Assembly (NCBI GenBank): GCA_050613775.1
Contig: JBODTK010000124.1
Coordinates: forward strand, 248,001-312,000
DNA: 64,000 bases
Origin: Neocallimastix sp. 'constans'
Taxonomy: Eukaryota
Direction: 5' to 3'
A program made the translations under genes and the position numbers. Under the pieces are notes generated by a model. That model did not search any database and was not told where the DNA came from. It saw only the letters and a program-made list of their open reading frames with translations. Positions 30,210 through 44,227 of this stretch are shown here, piece by piece; within the stretch, counting starts at the first letter, position 1, and every line of letters begins with the position of its first letter.

Positions 30210-30863
30210 TTATCATAATTAATTTTTTTTTCAAAAAAAAAAAAAAATACTTAAAAATTCAATATACTACTTTTATAAATATACAAACAAATTAACTATT
30301 CCAAGAAATATAAATGAGGTTATGGAAAAAACTTTTATAGTTCATGCCATCAATATTTATTCATTAATATATATAATTAATTAATTATTATTCAAAGAAA
30401 TATGTATTTTTAAATTTTATTCTCTTTTTCCTTTTTTTTTTTTTTTTAAATAATGATAAATTATAAACAAATTTTTATATATCAAAAAAAAAAAAAAAAA
30501 AAAAAAAAAAACATAATTATTAAATAATAATAATATAATAATATAATATGTAATTATTGTATTTTCATAAATATCAATATTTTTATCGTTTTATAAAATA
30601 AATAAATGTAATAATATTTTAATAATATTTTAATATATCTATTAATTAATAAAAATATTTAAAAATTAAAATTAAAATAATTATAATAAAAAAAAAAAAA
30701 TAATAAAATATTTTATATATATTAAAGTTATTCAAAATTAAATAAATAAATAAAGTTATATAAATAAAATATCTTCCTTTTAATAATTATGTATATTATT
30801 AATCATTCATAATGTATTTTTAAATAAAAATAAATTATTATATAAATTTAATATATTAATATT

Positions 30864-30973
30864 TGTTTAGGAGCTCAATTATTTAATATTATACATTATT
30901 ATATATTAATTCAATATTTAATCTATATTATATTATTAACACTTTATAATATCTTAATTTGCACCACTTAACA
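30864..30973 (-). repeat. 3' LTR of the Copia element (short, ~110 bp, TG...CA)
   Basis: Begins right after the PPT and aligns by eye with 36361-36462 (shared ATTAACACTTTATAATATCTTAAT and TTAATTCAATATTTAATCTAT). Confidence 0.7.
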
Positions 30974-30997
30974 TTCCCCCTACATTAAGTATTATAA

Positions 30998-31680
<683 letters not shown>

Positions 31681-31719
31681 TATATATATATTTTTTTTTA
31701 ATCTATAAAAATTAAATTT

Positions 31720-33544
31720 GTAAAACGATTAATTTTTATATCTATAATACTTTTTGTTAGAGGATCGGCTAACATATTTTCAGTGTTAATATATTCTAAT
31801 ATAAATAATCTTATATAAATTTATATATAGTATCTATGTGTTTATATCAACCTTTTGAATTTATATCTTGAGCTATTGCTATGCGTGCTTTACTATTTAC
31901 TATAATTTTAATTGTTATTTCTTTATTAAATATTTCTTCAAATAAATTTTTAAATCAAATACTTTGTTTAGCATATTCAGTCAAACTTACAAATTCATCT
32001 TCTGTAGTGGATAGAGTTACCCTTTTTTGTTGTTGAGATTTTTATGAAATTGGACTATTACTAAGTGTGAAAATAAAACCGTTAGTAGATCTTCTTGTTT
32101 TTTTCATCATTTGCAAAATCTGAATCAGAATATCCAATGAATCTGTTTCTTTTCTTATATTATTACAAATTGATTTGTTAATTGTTCCTTTTAAGTATTG
32201 TAATATGTGCATTAATGATCTATAATCCACTTCGGTTGGATTTTCACAATTTCTTGAAGCTTAGCTTACTTTGAAAGATATGTTAGATCTGGACTTTACT
32301 GCTTTATAAAGAAGAGCACCAAGTAAAGATTTATATTCTTCAACATCAACCAAATTTGAATTTTCTCTTTCAAAATCTGTTACATTTCTGCAAGGCGTTT
32401 TGACACTCTTTGTTTTATTCATCTTAAATTTTTTGATGATCTTGTTGATATAATCAATTTGATTTATTTGGTATCCATCTTTAGTTTTATATATATTGAT
32501 ACCGATTATTTTATTTGCATTTGATTCTTTTGAAATATTATATTTACCTTTTAATTTATTAATAATATAATTTATTTCATTGTCCTTTCCCGTTATTAAA
32601 ATGTCATCAACATATAACGTTAGTAAACAAATTAATTTATTACTTTTATCATATTTACCAAAGAGACATTTATCTGTATTGTATTTTTTAAAACCAATAC
32701 TAATGAGAAAATGTGATATTTCTTTATACCACATTCTACCAGCTTTTTTTAAACCATATAGAGCCTTCTTTAATAGCCAATATTTATTTTTATTGTAATT
32801 TTTATCACCTGAAAGTATTTTCAGATATATCTTTTTTTCTAAATCAGCATATAAGTATGCAGCTTTTATATTTAAATGTTTAAGGTTCCATTCATTTAGG
32901 GAGGCTATAGTGACTCTTAATCTAAGACTGTCAGCTTGAATTGTTGGTGAATATGTTTCAATAAAACCTTGCCCAGGTATTTGTTGGAAACCACGAGCGA
33001 CTAGTCTTGCCTTTTTTTTGTTTTCATCCTTTTCAGTGAATTCCCATTTAGTATCTATTATGTGTACATTTTTTGGAATTTTGCTAACTGCTTCCGTTAT
33101 ATTGTTGTTATACATGCTTGAAAGTTCTTCTTTAATGGCTAATTTCCATTCATTGCTGTCTTCTGAATTGATGGCTTATTCGTATATGTTTGGAATGTTC
33201 TTAATAATGTTCATAGCTTTGTGTCATATGTTATTTTTATTTTTAATTTTTCTTTTCTTAAATCTAATGGTTCATTATCTGAATCGCTATTATATTTACT
33301 TTCTTCTTCGAGAGATTTTATATAACTTAAATTATTTTTTATAATTATCATTATTGTTTAAATCATTATAATTTAGGTTATTATTGTCAATTAAATTGTT
33401 TTTATTTAAGTTAGTATTGATGTTTTGATTATTATTAAAATAATTTTTATTTGTATCATTATTATTATTTGAATTATTATTATTATTATTATTTAAATTA
33501 TTGTTATTTTTAATAATAATATTATTATTATCATAATTATATAA

Positions 33545-33579
<35 letters not shown>

Positions 33580-35291
33580 TATCACTATAATTATTATTAT
33601 TCATATCATTATTATTATTTAAAGGATTTTTTTAATTGTAAATCATTCATAATACCATTAGAATTATTACTATCCCCCTCAATTAATAAATCCTTGAAAT
33701 CAATAATAGAGTCAATATATTTATTTCAAAAGAAAGTAGCATTAATAGTACTAGGCATATCTTCTAAAAAATAAACATCTCTTGCAGTAATAATAGAATT
33801 AGTAGAAATATCTAAAATTTTATAATCAAGAGAATCACTTGCATAACCAAGGAAAATACCAGGTTTGGATTGCTTTCAAATTTATTGGATTTACGATTAT
33901 TATAAAAGAAGGCTTTACAACCAAAAACTATAAGATATGCAATATCAACAGGCTTGTTGAAAAATTAATTCATTAGGAATTTTATTCTCAATACTCTGAT
34001 GAGGGTTAATATTATACAAATAAGTAGCGCATAAAATAGCGGGATCCCAGAATTTGAGAGGAAGTTTAGCAGAATTCAATAAAGTCGTTGCACAATTGTT
34101 TAAAGTTTGATTTAAGCGTTCAGCACGGCCATTTTGCTGAGGATTGCCTGGAGTAGAATGAATAAAATTAATACCTTTAGATTCCATAAATTTAAATAAA
34201 TTTTTATTAATGCATTCTCTACCATGATCATGTTTAACAATAATAATTTTGAAAGGAGTAGTATTAGAAATAAAGTTATAAAATTTAATAAAAATATCAG
34301 GAACATTTGATTTATTTTTAATAAGAAAACCCCAACATTTTCTGGAAAAATTATCAAGAAAAGTGATATAGTAGTTGAAATCATTAGAAGAATTTTCTAA
34401 TTTTCCTACAACATCAGTGTGAATTATTTCTATTGGCTTTTCAGGTTTATTAAAAGTGTTATAAAAAAGGTTCTTTTCTACAACTTGCTGATATTGCATT
34501 GATGACAATTTTTAGAGTTATGAAGTTTCAAATGTTCGATATCAAAATTTTGTATATTTTTATTATCGTAATGACCTAATCTCGTGTGCAATAAAACAGT
34601 ATCTATATGAAAAACGTGATTTTTTGAAGTAACATTATAAATTGGTATGGTATCAAAAGAAAATAAATTTTTGTCATCTTCATAAATATTTACTATTAAT
34701 TTATTATTTTTTATTATCAATCTGTCCTTATTATTAATATTTTCCATAATTATTTTACATCCATTTTTTAGTAAAGAATGTGTTGAAATTAAATTATTTT
34801 TGATATTTGATATGTAATAAACATTAGGTAAAATAAATTTATTATTTTTAAATTTGCCATTATAAGTTCCTATATGTTTTATTTCATCTAAATTTCCCTT
34901 TGGCTAAATAATATTTTTATTGTTAACGTCAAAAATATCTTTTATATTATTTAACTCATTTGTTAGATTGATTCCAGTCCCACTATCAATAATCCAATGT
35001 GTATATTTATTTTCTTTTTTAAAATTTGCGTTATTACAGTTTTCAATTACTGAGATACTACCAGTAAAATTAATATATGTTTCATTCTTAAAGTCATTCT
35101 CATAATTATATTCATATGAATTGTCAGAAATATCGCCATCATTATCGTTATTATAATTATCTTCATTAATATTACTTGAACGATAATTATTTTTATTTCG
35201 TTTTAAATTAAACTTATTATTATTATTATTATTATTATATTGTTATTATTATATTATTATTATTATTATTATTATATTATTATTATTATTA

Positions 35292-35327
<36 letters not shown>

Positions 35328-36150
35328 GATTTTTATAATTATTTTTATTTTTAAAACTATTATTTTTATAATTATTGTTTTATAGAATTAAATTTACAAA
35401 AATCAGTAGAATGACCTTTAACTTTACAGATATGACAGTAATATTCTTTATTAGAATTAATATTATTATAAGATTTTCTTTGTTCACATTATTGATATTT
35501 AAATCAATAGACATATTATTTGAGTATTTTAATATATTTTCTTTTTTGAAAAAGTTGTATCTTTTATATAATTCATTAATTAAATCATTAAAATTATTAA
35601 AACTATATATAGGAGGTGAATTAATACCATTTTTATCTAGTTCAATAGATGAATATAAAAGGTTTGTTTCTTCATCTATTGATCTTTTATTTAAATTTTC
35701 ACACTCAGTTTGATATTCTTCAAAAGAATTATTTAATTCATTGATATAATGAATATAATCATTATTATTAATTTTTAAATTTTTGATTTTTTGTTTTAAG
35801 ATATTTAATAATGCTTGTCCAGATTGATAGTAGCGCCTTTTCAATCTTTGCATCATTTGATATGCAGTTCTACCTCCACAAAAGTAATTTTGATTAATTT
35901 TATTCAGGCCATTAATTATTATTGACTGGACTGCATTATCACTTTTTATTTGTTTTCTGTTCATAATTTTAATATCTGTTTATTTGTCAATAAAAGTATC
36001 TAAATCATTGGTAATTAAATGTCTTCTTAATGGTTCATACCAAAAAATCAAGGAAATTCTCTTTTGATATTTCAAAAGAGAATTTGATGAACAAGAGCTC
36101 TCTTCAATTGCTTTTTTATTATTTTTTTCTCTTAGGCATTGGGATGAACA
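31720..36150 (-). pseudogene. Disrupted Copia gag-pol polyprotein
   Basis: ORF fragments 35380-35964, 34478-34747, 33945-34508, 32261-33115 and 32042-32230 carry successive domains, broken by frameshifts and stops. Confidence 0.88.
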
Positions 36151-36260
36151 TAAAATAAAATAAAATAAAATAAAAACTAAATATTATTTATTAAAATTTA
36201 ATAATATCATAAAATGTTTTATAAAAAAAAATAAGTCTTTCAGCATTGAGACTCTTAATC

Positions 36261-36462
36261 TGTTAAGGAATCACACAGAATGTGGCGTACACACACACGA
36301 TATTTATATTATTATATATTTATTTATTTATTAATTATAATATTTTATATTTTATAATGAAAGGACTCCATTATTTAATATTTTACATTAATTCAATATT
36401 TAATCTATTACATACATTATATCATTAACACTTTATAATATCTTAATGTACATTACTTTTCA
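36261..36462 (-). repeat. 5' LTR of the Copia element (~200 bp, TG...CA), followed by a degenerate primer-binding site
   Basis: The minus strand ends ...TTCCTTAACA, followed by GATTAAGAGTCTC, which resembles the copia-type GGTTATGGGCCC PBS. It shares blocks with the 3' LTR. Confidence 0.6.
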
Positions 36463-36984
36463 ATATTTTAATTAATTTTGAAAATAAAATGAAAAATTTT
36501 ATTAAAAAAAAAAATATATATTATTAGAAGGTAAATAATTATTAGGTTCATTTTTTTATTCCACATTTTATTGTACTACATTAACAACTATAATCTCTAA
36601 TTGTTATCTATATAGGAGATTAATATGAATATTTAATATTATTATTATCACTCTAATTATTTAATATGTTATTATTATTATTATTGTTTATTATTTTAAT
36701 GTTAATAGTTTTAAATTTATTAAACCGCAATTCTTAACCATAAATAATTTTTATTACATACAGTTTGTTAATTTTATCATTAAAAAAAAGTCTTAATTTA
36801 TTATTTATTATTTATTAATTTAATAATTTATTATTTATTATTTATTATTTATTAATTTATTATTTATTTATTATTTATTTATTATTTATTTATTACTTAT
36901 TTATTATTTATTTATTATTTATTTATTATTTATTATTTATTATTATTATTTTTAATAAAAAAAAAAAAAAAAAAAATTTTTAAA

Positions 36985-37175
36985 TAATATTCTTCAAAAA
37001 TAAAGAATATTCTATTTTAAAGAATATTTTATTTTTGAAGAATATTATATTTTTAAAGAATATTTTATTTTTAAAGAATATTCTATTTTAAAAAATATTT
37101 TATTTTTAAAGAATATTATATTTTTAACGAATATTTTATTTTTAAAGAATATTCTATTTTAAAGAATATTTTATT
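36985..37175. repeat. ~19-bp minisatellite (AAAGAATATTYTATTTTT), about 9 copies
   Basis: Tandem, partly self-complementary units. Confidence 0.75.
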
Positions 37176-38308
37176 TATATATTAATTTTAATATTAAAAA
37201 ATATTTATAATATATTTTTGTAAAATTAATGTTTTTATTGAATTTTATTATTAGTAATTTTTAAAATATAGTAGGTCAAAAGTAAAAGGTTATTTATGAT
37301 ATACAACTCAAAGTTCGAGGTACTATTGTTGATATTTATTTATTAAATTTAAAGTATTATTTATTAATTTATTAATTTATTTATTTTTATTATTAATATT
37401 ACATATATTTATTCAAGAAAAATAATACACTTGACTACACATTTCAAACTATCTAACAACTTTTTTACTCATTTATTTTCTTACACTTACTTACACTTCT
37501 CTTAATTCAGAGAAATGTTTTACTTTTATGTTATTTAGTTATAATTAACTATTTAATTAGTTGTGTATTATAAATATTTATAATTATTATTTATAAGTAA
37601 ATATTTAATAACTATATACATATAAATATAAAATAATAAGAATATAATTAAAATAATAGTTTATACTACATATTGAAAATATTATAAAATCATTAAATTT
37701 CAATTTGATTTATGACATTAATTTATGTTTGAATAATAAAAATTATTTTATATTAATTATGGTTTGAATATTTCATTTTATATCATTTATTAATTCAGGT
37801 CAATAAAAAAAAAAACTAATTTTCAAAATAATTTATTAATTTAATTTAATTTTACATAATTAAATAAATTATGTATTTTTATTAATAATTAAGGTTTTTA
37901 TACCAATTTTTTTTTTTTTTTTTTTTTTTCATTATAAATACCATCATATCATAATTATCTTTTTTTGATGACATTTGTACTTCTTTTTCAGGAAAAATTA
38001 AATATTTAAACATTTGTAATACATTTCTGAGAATAATTTTCATTTTGTTCAAATGCTCATTTCCAATAAAATTTTTTACTTTATTAAAAAAAGAATAAAA
38101 AAATTTTTTTTTTCTTTTTTCTATTTTATTTAATATACAATATAATAATTTATATTAATCTTATTTATAATAATATTAATTTTTATTTATTTATAATAAA
38201 TTTTATTTTTTATTTTTTATTTTTTTTTAGAGTAAAACAATAGTAAAGATATTTTTTATTTTTTTTTTTTCTAAACTTTATAATTATCAATTTATTTATT
38301 AATGAGTA

Positions 38309-38341
<33 letters not shown>

Positions 38342-38726
38342 TATAACTACTTAATAATTATACCATTATTTATTTATATTATTTTATATATTTATTTATT
38401 ATATAATTTATTAAATTATGTAAATTATTACGTTTATATTATGTTGCATAGGACCATAGCTGAAAAAAACATTTTTTGGAACATTCATATCAAATTTAAA
38501 TAAAAAAAGTATATAAACGGTAAAAAAGTATTTGTAATACTTTTTAAAATAAAAAAAAAAACAAAAAACAAAAAACTAAAAACTTAAAACAAAATACAAA
38601 AAATAATAAAAAAAAAAAAAAAATTAAAACTAAAATTAAAATAAAATAATTATATATAATTATCTAATAAATCAATAAAAAATTTATTTATAATAAAAAT
38701 AAGAAAAATAAATAAAAGAAAAAAAA

Positions 38727-40019
38727 ATGAATTTTAAAAATTTTTCTATTATTCTTGCATTATTTTCCTTTGAGTTAAAAGTATTTTCTATTCCAGTTAA
38801 TGACATTGCTTCAGATGCAGAATTAAATGTTGTTGATATCTCAGAATCTGTAGAATGGAGTGCAGGTGAAATTTCAAATATTGAAGTTGTAAACAATGAA
38901 TTTCTTACTGAAGATCCCAACGATGACAGTGATGCTGATAGTAATACCGAATTAGAAACTACAGGAGTAACAACTGAAGAATCTTTAGACCTTCCTTGTA
39001 GTGACGTTCAAACTTGTAATGATTGGTTCAAAAAAAATAAAGAATTATTGACGAGCTTTGGTTTATCAGTCTTTGCAAATGATGAAGTTATTGATGGTCT
39101 CTTTTTAAAATATCAAGATGAAAAAAATATTGAAAATCTTCGAAAAAACTTTGAAACAGTTGACTATGGAATGAAGGTGGATGTTAATGGACTAAAAATG
39201 ACTGTGGATATTAAGGGTGAAGAACACGATAAAACAATTGTAATATTACCTGGTTTAGGTATTGCAAGTCCAATTATTTTTTATGGAGGTTTAGCTGAAA
39301 CTCTTGCCAAACAATTTAAAGTTGTCATTGTAGAACCATTTGGTTATGGTACATCCGATTTAACCACAAAAGATAGAACAGCTGAAAATATAGTTTCTGA
39401 AATACATACCTGTCTTCAAAATCTTGGAATAGATCAATTTTACTTTATGGGTCACTCCATTGGTGGTATCTATTCAATTATTTATGACAATACGTATAAA
39501 AATGAAGTTTTAGGATTTATTGGTCTTGATAATACACCAAGTAATATTGACGTTTATGATGAGGAAGCACTTCCTAAAGAATATTATACAATTTCTAAGA
39601 TAATAGATAAATATCATTTAATACACTTACTCCCTGAAGACCAAAAGAAAATACTTTTAGAACCCGAATTAACAAATTTAAATTATTCTGAAAAAGAAGT
39701 AGAAGACTTGACTAAAATCCATAGTTATAGATTTTATAATATAAATATTATAGAAGAAGATGAACTCTCTGTAGATAATATATTTTCCACTAATGGTATG
39801 TATTTCCATTGTCCTCTTCTTATGTTTATTTCTGAAGAAACTCAAACTCGCTTTTTAAAATGGAAAGAATATCATGAAAATATGATCAATGATAATCCTA
39901 ATAAGGAGTTAATCGGTGAAAAAAGTAATGTTATTTTTTTAGAAAAAACAACTCACACTTATATTTTTGCTCAAAATAAGGATGTTATATTAAATGAAAT
40001 TAATAATTTTATTAATTAA
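38727..40019 (+). CDS. Secreted alpha/beta-fold hydrolase (esterase-like), 430 aa, intronless
   Basis: Signal peptide and acidic N-terminal region, then IVILPGLG, VEPFGYGTSD, nucleophile elbow GHSIG, GFIGLD, and a C-terminal His in TTHTYI. Confidence 0.88.
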   Translation: MNFKNFSIILALFSFELKVFSIPVNDIASDAELNVVDISESVEWSAGEISNIEVVNNEFLTEDPNDDSDADSNTELETTGVTTEESLDLPCSDVQTCNDWFKKNKELLTSFGLSVFANDEVIDGLFLKYQDEKNIENLRKNFETVDYGMKVDVNGLKMTVDIKGEEHDKTIVILPGLGIASPIIFYGGLAETLAKQFKVVIVEPFGYGTSDLTTKDRTAENIVSEIHTCLQNLGIDQFYFMGHSIGGIYSIIYDNTYKNEVLGFIGLDNTPSNIDVYDEEALPKEYYTISKIIDKYHLIHLLPEDQKKILLEPELTNLNYSEKEVEDLTKIHSYRFYNINIIEEDELSVDNIFSTNGMYFHCPLLMFISEETQTRFLKWKEYHENMINDNPNKELIGEKSNVIFLEKTTHTYIFAQNKDVILNEINNFIN

Positions 40020-40459
40020 TTTTAATTAAATTATATAATTTTTATTTTTATTTTATTTTTTTATTTTTATTTTTTTTTTTATTGTAAAATTCATTCCTTG
40101 ATAAGTATAACTTTGAATAAAAGTTATATATGAATGAAATTTCAAAAAATAGTATATATTTATACTATTTTTTGGAAAATCTTTATTTTTTTTTTATGGG
40201 ATTATTACAATAACCATGATAGTTAGATAATTGTAATAAAACTAAAAATATATTAATAATTAATAATAATAATTAAAAATATAATAATAATAATAATAAT
40301 AATAAAGTTAATTGATATTTGAAAAGTTATTATAGAAGTTGTTTTCATCTTTAACTACTAAATTATGAAGAATAAAAAAAATCTTTTTTTTTTTTTTTTT
40401 TCTTTTTATTATCAAGTCAACTTATTGAATGTTAACAGACCTTGATATTTCTTTTTGAT

Positions 40460-40497
<38 letters not shown>

Positions 40498-40547
40498 AAA
40501 ACTTCTTGGCTATTAACTGAAGTTTGTTAGGTCACTAATGTTTTGTC

Positions 40548-40585
<38 letters not shown>

Positions 40586-40735
40586 TTGTAAACAAGATAT
40601 CAAACGAGGTTCTATCCTTTAATGGTTGTTTAGTCAGTAGGCTAAAAACCCTAACCCGCGCTTTTGACCATTTTCTAGGTTTTTACTCACAAGAGATTTT
40701 TACAGAAAAAAGTATTTCCCCCTTATGTATCAATA

Positions 40736-40940
40736 TCTTTATATATATTATTCTCAATCTCCTAAGTAATAAAGGCAAGATAGTGTTCTTACAGTAGGCC
40801 TGAGAGGGTTGCGCAAGTAATTACAGTCATCTAATATATTTACGAGGGAATTAATTCCAAACCTATGGGTACATATCATGTATCCATGTGGATATATTCT
40901 TCTAAAAAAGCAATCTTTTCTGATAAATGTGCTATATTTC
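40736..40940 (+). repeat. Dispersed ~200-bp repeat, copy 1 (copy 2 at ~43698-43930)
   Basis: Both copies start TC-T-(TA)n-TTATTCTCAATCTCC and share AAGTAATAAAG, GGGTTGC-CAAGTAA, GGGAATTAATT, ATGGGTACATATCATG and AAAAAGCAATCTTT. Confidence 0.8.
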
Positions 40941-40974
40941 GGATAGTGACTAATAAATAAAAATTCAAATCGTA

Positions 40975-41465
40975 ATATATATCTTTAAAATTAAATACTA
41001 TTAAATATTATTTTATTATTATTTTAACAAAAAAATATTAAAATGTATCTTTATAATTAAACATTATTAAATATTATTTTAATATTATTATAACAAAAAA
41101 TTTTAACGAAGATAATAAAATAAAACTTTAAAATTAAATATTATTAAATATTTTATTATTATTTTTTATATCTTCAAAATTAAATATTATTAAATATTAT
41201 ATTATATATCTTTAAATTTAAATATTATTAAAATTTTTATTATTACTATTTTTTTATTATTTTAACAAAAAACATTAAAAACATATCTTTTAATTTAAAT
41301 ATTATTAAAAATTTTTTTTATTATTTTTTTATTATTTTAGCAAAAAATATTAATTTATATATAGTTAAAATTTATTACTATTAAATATTATTAAATATTT
41401 TATTAATACTTTATATATCTTTAAAATTAAATATTATTGAATATTATATTATTATTTAATAATAT
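40975..41465. repeat. Degenerate ~55-65-bp minisatellite (ATATCTTTAAAATTAAATATTATTAAATATT...ATTTTAACAAAAAATATTAA); the same unit resumes at ~43085-43550
   Basis: Recurrent units lie on both sides of the inserted pseudogene/Copia fragment. Confidence 0.75.
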
Positions 41466-41471
41466 TATATT

Positions 41472-41942
41472 ATTCATTAAAAATACAAAATCCATCCATA
41501 CATTTATTAGTTAAACACTATGAATCAGAAGTACATTTATAAGAGATAATATCATGTCCACCAGATATTTAATATAATAATTTGGTTGATTTTAATTCAT
41601 CACATCTATAAAATTCACTAATATGTCTTTTTATATTACCATTTTCATCTGGAATTTCGACAAATTGATGTAAAGCTAAAAGTTTTACTTCAACACAAAT
41701 ATTATTTTTACGATAATAACAAAGATTAACATTATTTTTAATTTTTAATACTTCTTTTTTCTTAAAGTTTTATTTTTATTTTTGTCATAAGTATATATAA
41801 AATTTTGACATCTTTTATAATCAGTAATATTAATATTAGTATAATAAATTTTATTATTTAATTTATAAGAATATGTAATTCGAATATTAATAATAAAAAT
41901 TAAAATTATAAAAATAAAATATTTTAAAAGTTTAATATACAT
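41472..41942 (-). pseudogene. Pseudogene of a small secreted Cys-rich protein (3'-truncated)
   Basis: Signal-peptide-like start (MYIKLLKYFIFIILIFIINIRITYS) and a frameshift at the A-run near 41755. It continues KEVLKIKNNVNLCYYRKNNICVEV...FVEIPDENGNIKRHISEFYRC...LLY*ISGGHDIISYKCTSDS*CLTNKCMDGFCIFNE with two in-frame stops. From recall (not searched), it resembles a Cys-rich family expanded in anaerobic fungi. Confidence 0.7.
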
Positions 41943-42159
41943 TGTATTTGTATAATATATATATTATTTATTTTTTCAAAACAATATTATAAATTTAAAA
42001 TAATAAATATATTTTATAAGAAATATTTTATTCATATTTAAATTTTATTTCAAAATTAATAGTAATTTTAATATTTATTAATTATTAATATTTAAAATAT
42101 ATAAAAAATTTATAAAAATATTGATACAAAAATTTATATTAATTTAAGTTTATAAATTT

Positions 42160-43084
42160 ATGTATTCTAAAGTTGATGTTGAAAAATATAAATCGCTTTT
42201 AAGTTCACTTTTGTATGTTGCTGTAAAATCCCGACCTGATATTGCTTATGCAATTAACCAAGCATCAAAAAATTGCGAACATCCAACAACAATAGATTAT
42301 AAAGCTTTATTAATGATTTTACAATATTTAAAAGTTACAATTCACAAATCAATTCATTATAAATGGAAAAAATAAATTAGTTGGATTTTCAGATGCAGAC
42401 TTTGCAAATGATGAAGCAACAAGAAGATCAGTTAGTGGTTATATATTTTTACTTGGTAATAGTCCTATTTCATGGAAATCTCAAATTCAAAGAAATGTTA
42501 CTCTTTCCACTGCTGAAGCTGAATTTGCTTGTTTAACTGAATGTGCTAAACATGGTATATGGTTAAGAAATTTATTTGAAGAAATTACTAACAAAAATGT
42601 ATTAATAAAAATTAAAGTAGATAATAAAGCTTGTATAGCAATTGCTGAAGATGAAAATGCCAAAGGAAGATGTAAACATATTGATACAAGATATAAATTT
42701 ATTCAAGAAAAAATAAAAGAAAAGAACATAAAATTAGAATATGTTAGAACTACTGAAATGCTTAATGATCCATTGACTAAACCAGTTTCTGGCATTAATA
42801 TTAAAAAAATTCATTGATATAATATATGATAATTAAATAATAAATAAAATGTATTTTATAAATAATTGATAATAAATTTTTAATAAAGTCATAATGTAGG
42901 GGGAATGTTAAAAATTATAGTAAATAAGATTAAGCACATTATGCTTTATTATAAATAAAATTTATATAAATACATGTAAAAATTATTATTTTAAAAGGGA
43001 TTCTTCTTTATTAAATAAAATATTATTATTAAAACATATAATAATAATTATAAAGAGTTCATTCAGGACTTCATATTTTTAACA
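42160..43084 (+). mobile_element. 5'-truncated Ty1/Copia fragment: RT C-terminus, RNase H, PPT and 3' LTR (42906-43084)
   Basis: YKSLLSSLLYVAVKSRPDIAYA, a frameshift, then GFSDADFANDEATRRSVSGYIF...LSTAEAEF...KHIDTRYKFI...MLNDPLTK. PPT GTAGGGGGAA at 42896-42905. LTR bounded by the perfect 10-bp inverted termini TGTTAAAAAT...ATTTTTAACA. Confidence 0.88.
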
Positions 43085-43697
43085 AAATATTATTTTAACA
43101 AAAGATATTAAAATATAACTTTAAAATTAAATCCTATTAAATATTATTTTTTATCATTTTAACAAAAATATTAGAATTTATCTTTAAAATTAAATGTTAT
43201 TAAATATTATATTATTTATTTTAACAAAAAATATTAACTTTAAAATTAATTATTAAATATTTTATTATTATTTTATATATCTTTAAAATTAAATTATTAT
43301 AAAATATTATTTTTTTATTATTTTAACAAAAAATATTGAAATATTATTTAAATATTATATTAATATTTTAATATATCTATAATATATTATTAAATATTTT
43401 TCTATTATTTTAAATATCTTTAAAATTAATAATTATTAAATATTTTATTATTATTTTATATATCTTTACAATTAAATATTGTTTTTTTTATTATTTTAAC
43501 AAAAAATATTAAAATATATCTTTAAAATTAAATATTATTAAATATTGTTTTTTTTTTTTTTTATTTATTAAATGCTTATTTAATATAATTTAAGCAATTC
43601 TTGTATAATTGGTTTATTTAATTATTTAACTTTTCATATAAAGCCACCTTTCGAAATGCAACATTCCTAAATGAAATACACACACACACACTCTCTC

Positions 43698-44227
43698 TCT
43701 ATATATATTATTCTCAATCTCCAAAGTAATAAAGACAAGATACTGTTCTAATCGTGAGCCTGATAGGGTTGCACAAGTAAATACTGTCATTTATAATATT
43801 TACAAGGGAATTAATTTCTAACCGATGGGTACATATCATGTGTCTCCATGTAGATATTCTACTAAAAGTAATATAGATATAATTTACTAATATATTTTAC
43901 TAAAAAGCAATCTTTCTGACTAGTATGCTATTTATCAAGTGAGCTGGAGGTATTTAGGTATCACATTGGGTTAGATTATACTGGCCTCGTTTCAAAGGGC
44001 AGGTAGGAATAGGAGAGGCACTCCGAGAAAAAGTGTACTAGAAAAATACTCAGCAATAATATGCAGGTCAGTCAGGGTGCCAATAGCTGAACGTTCAGTA
44101 AGGCCGTCCATCAGGGACAACATCCACCGATATGATCTAAAGCCTATGGAAGTGTTGTGACCACCTCAACATTGCCATTGCTCTTGAAGGTAGGTAGAAA
44201 CTGAAAAAAAAAAAAAAAAAAAAAAAA
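43698..44227 (+). repeat. Copy 2 of the dispersed repeat, continuing into a GC-richer ~270-bp segment that ends in poly(A)
   Basis: Homology to 40736-40940. The segment 43935-44203 is visibly much more GC-rich than its flanks, and an A-run follows at ~44204-44227. Confidence 0.6.
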
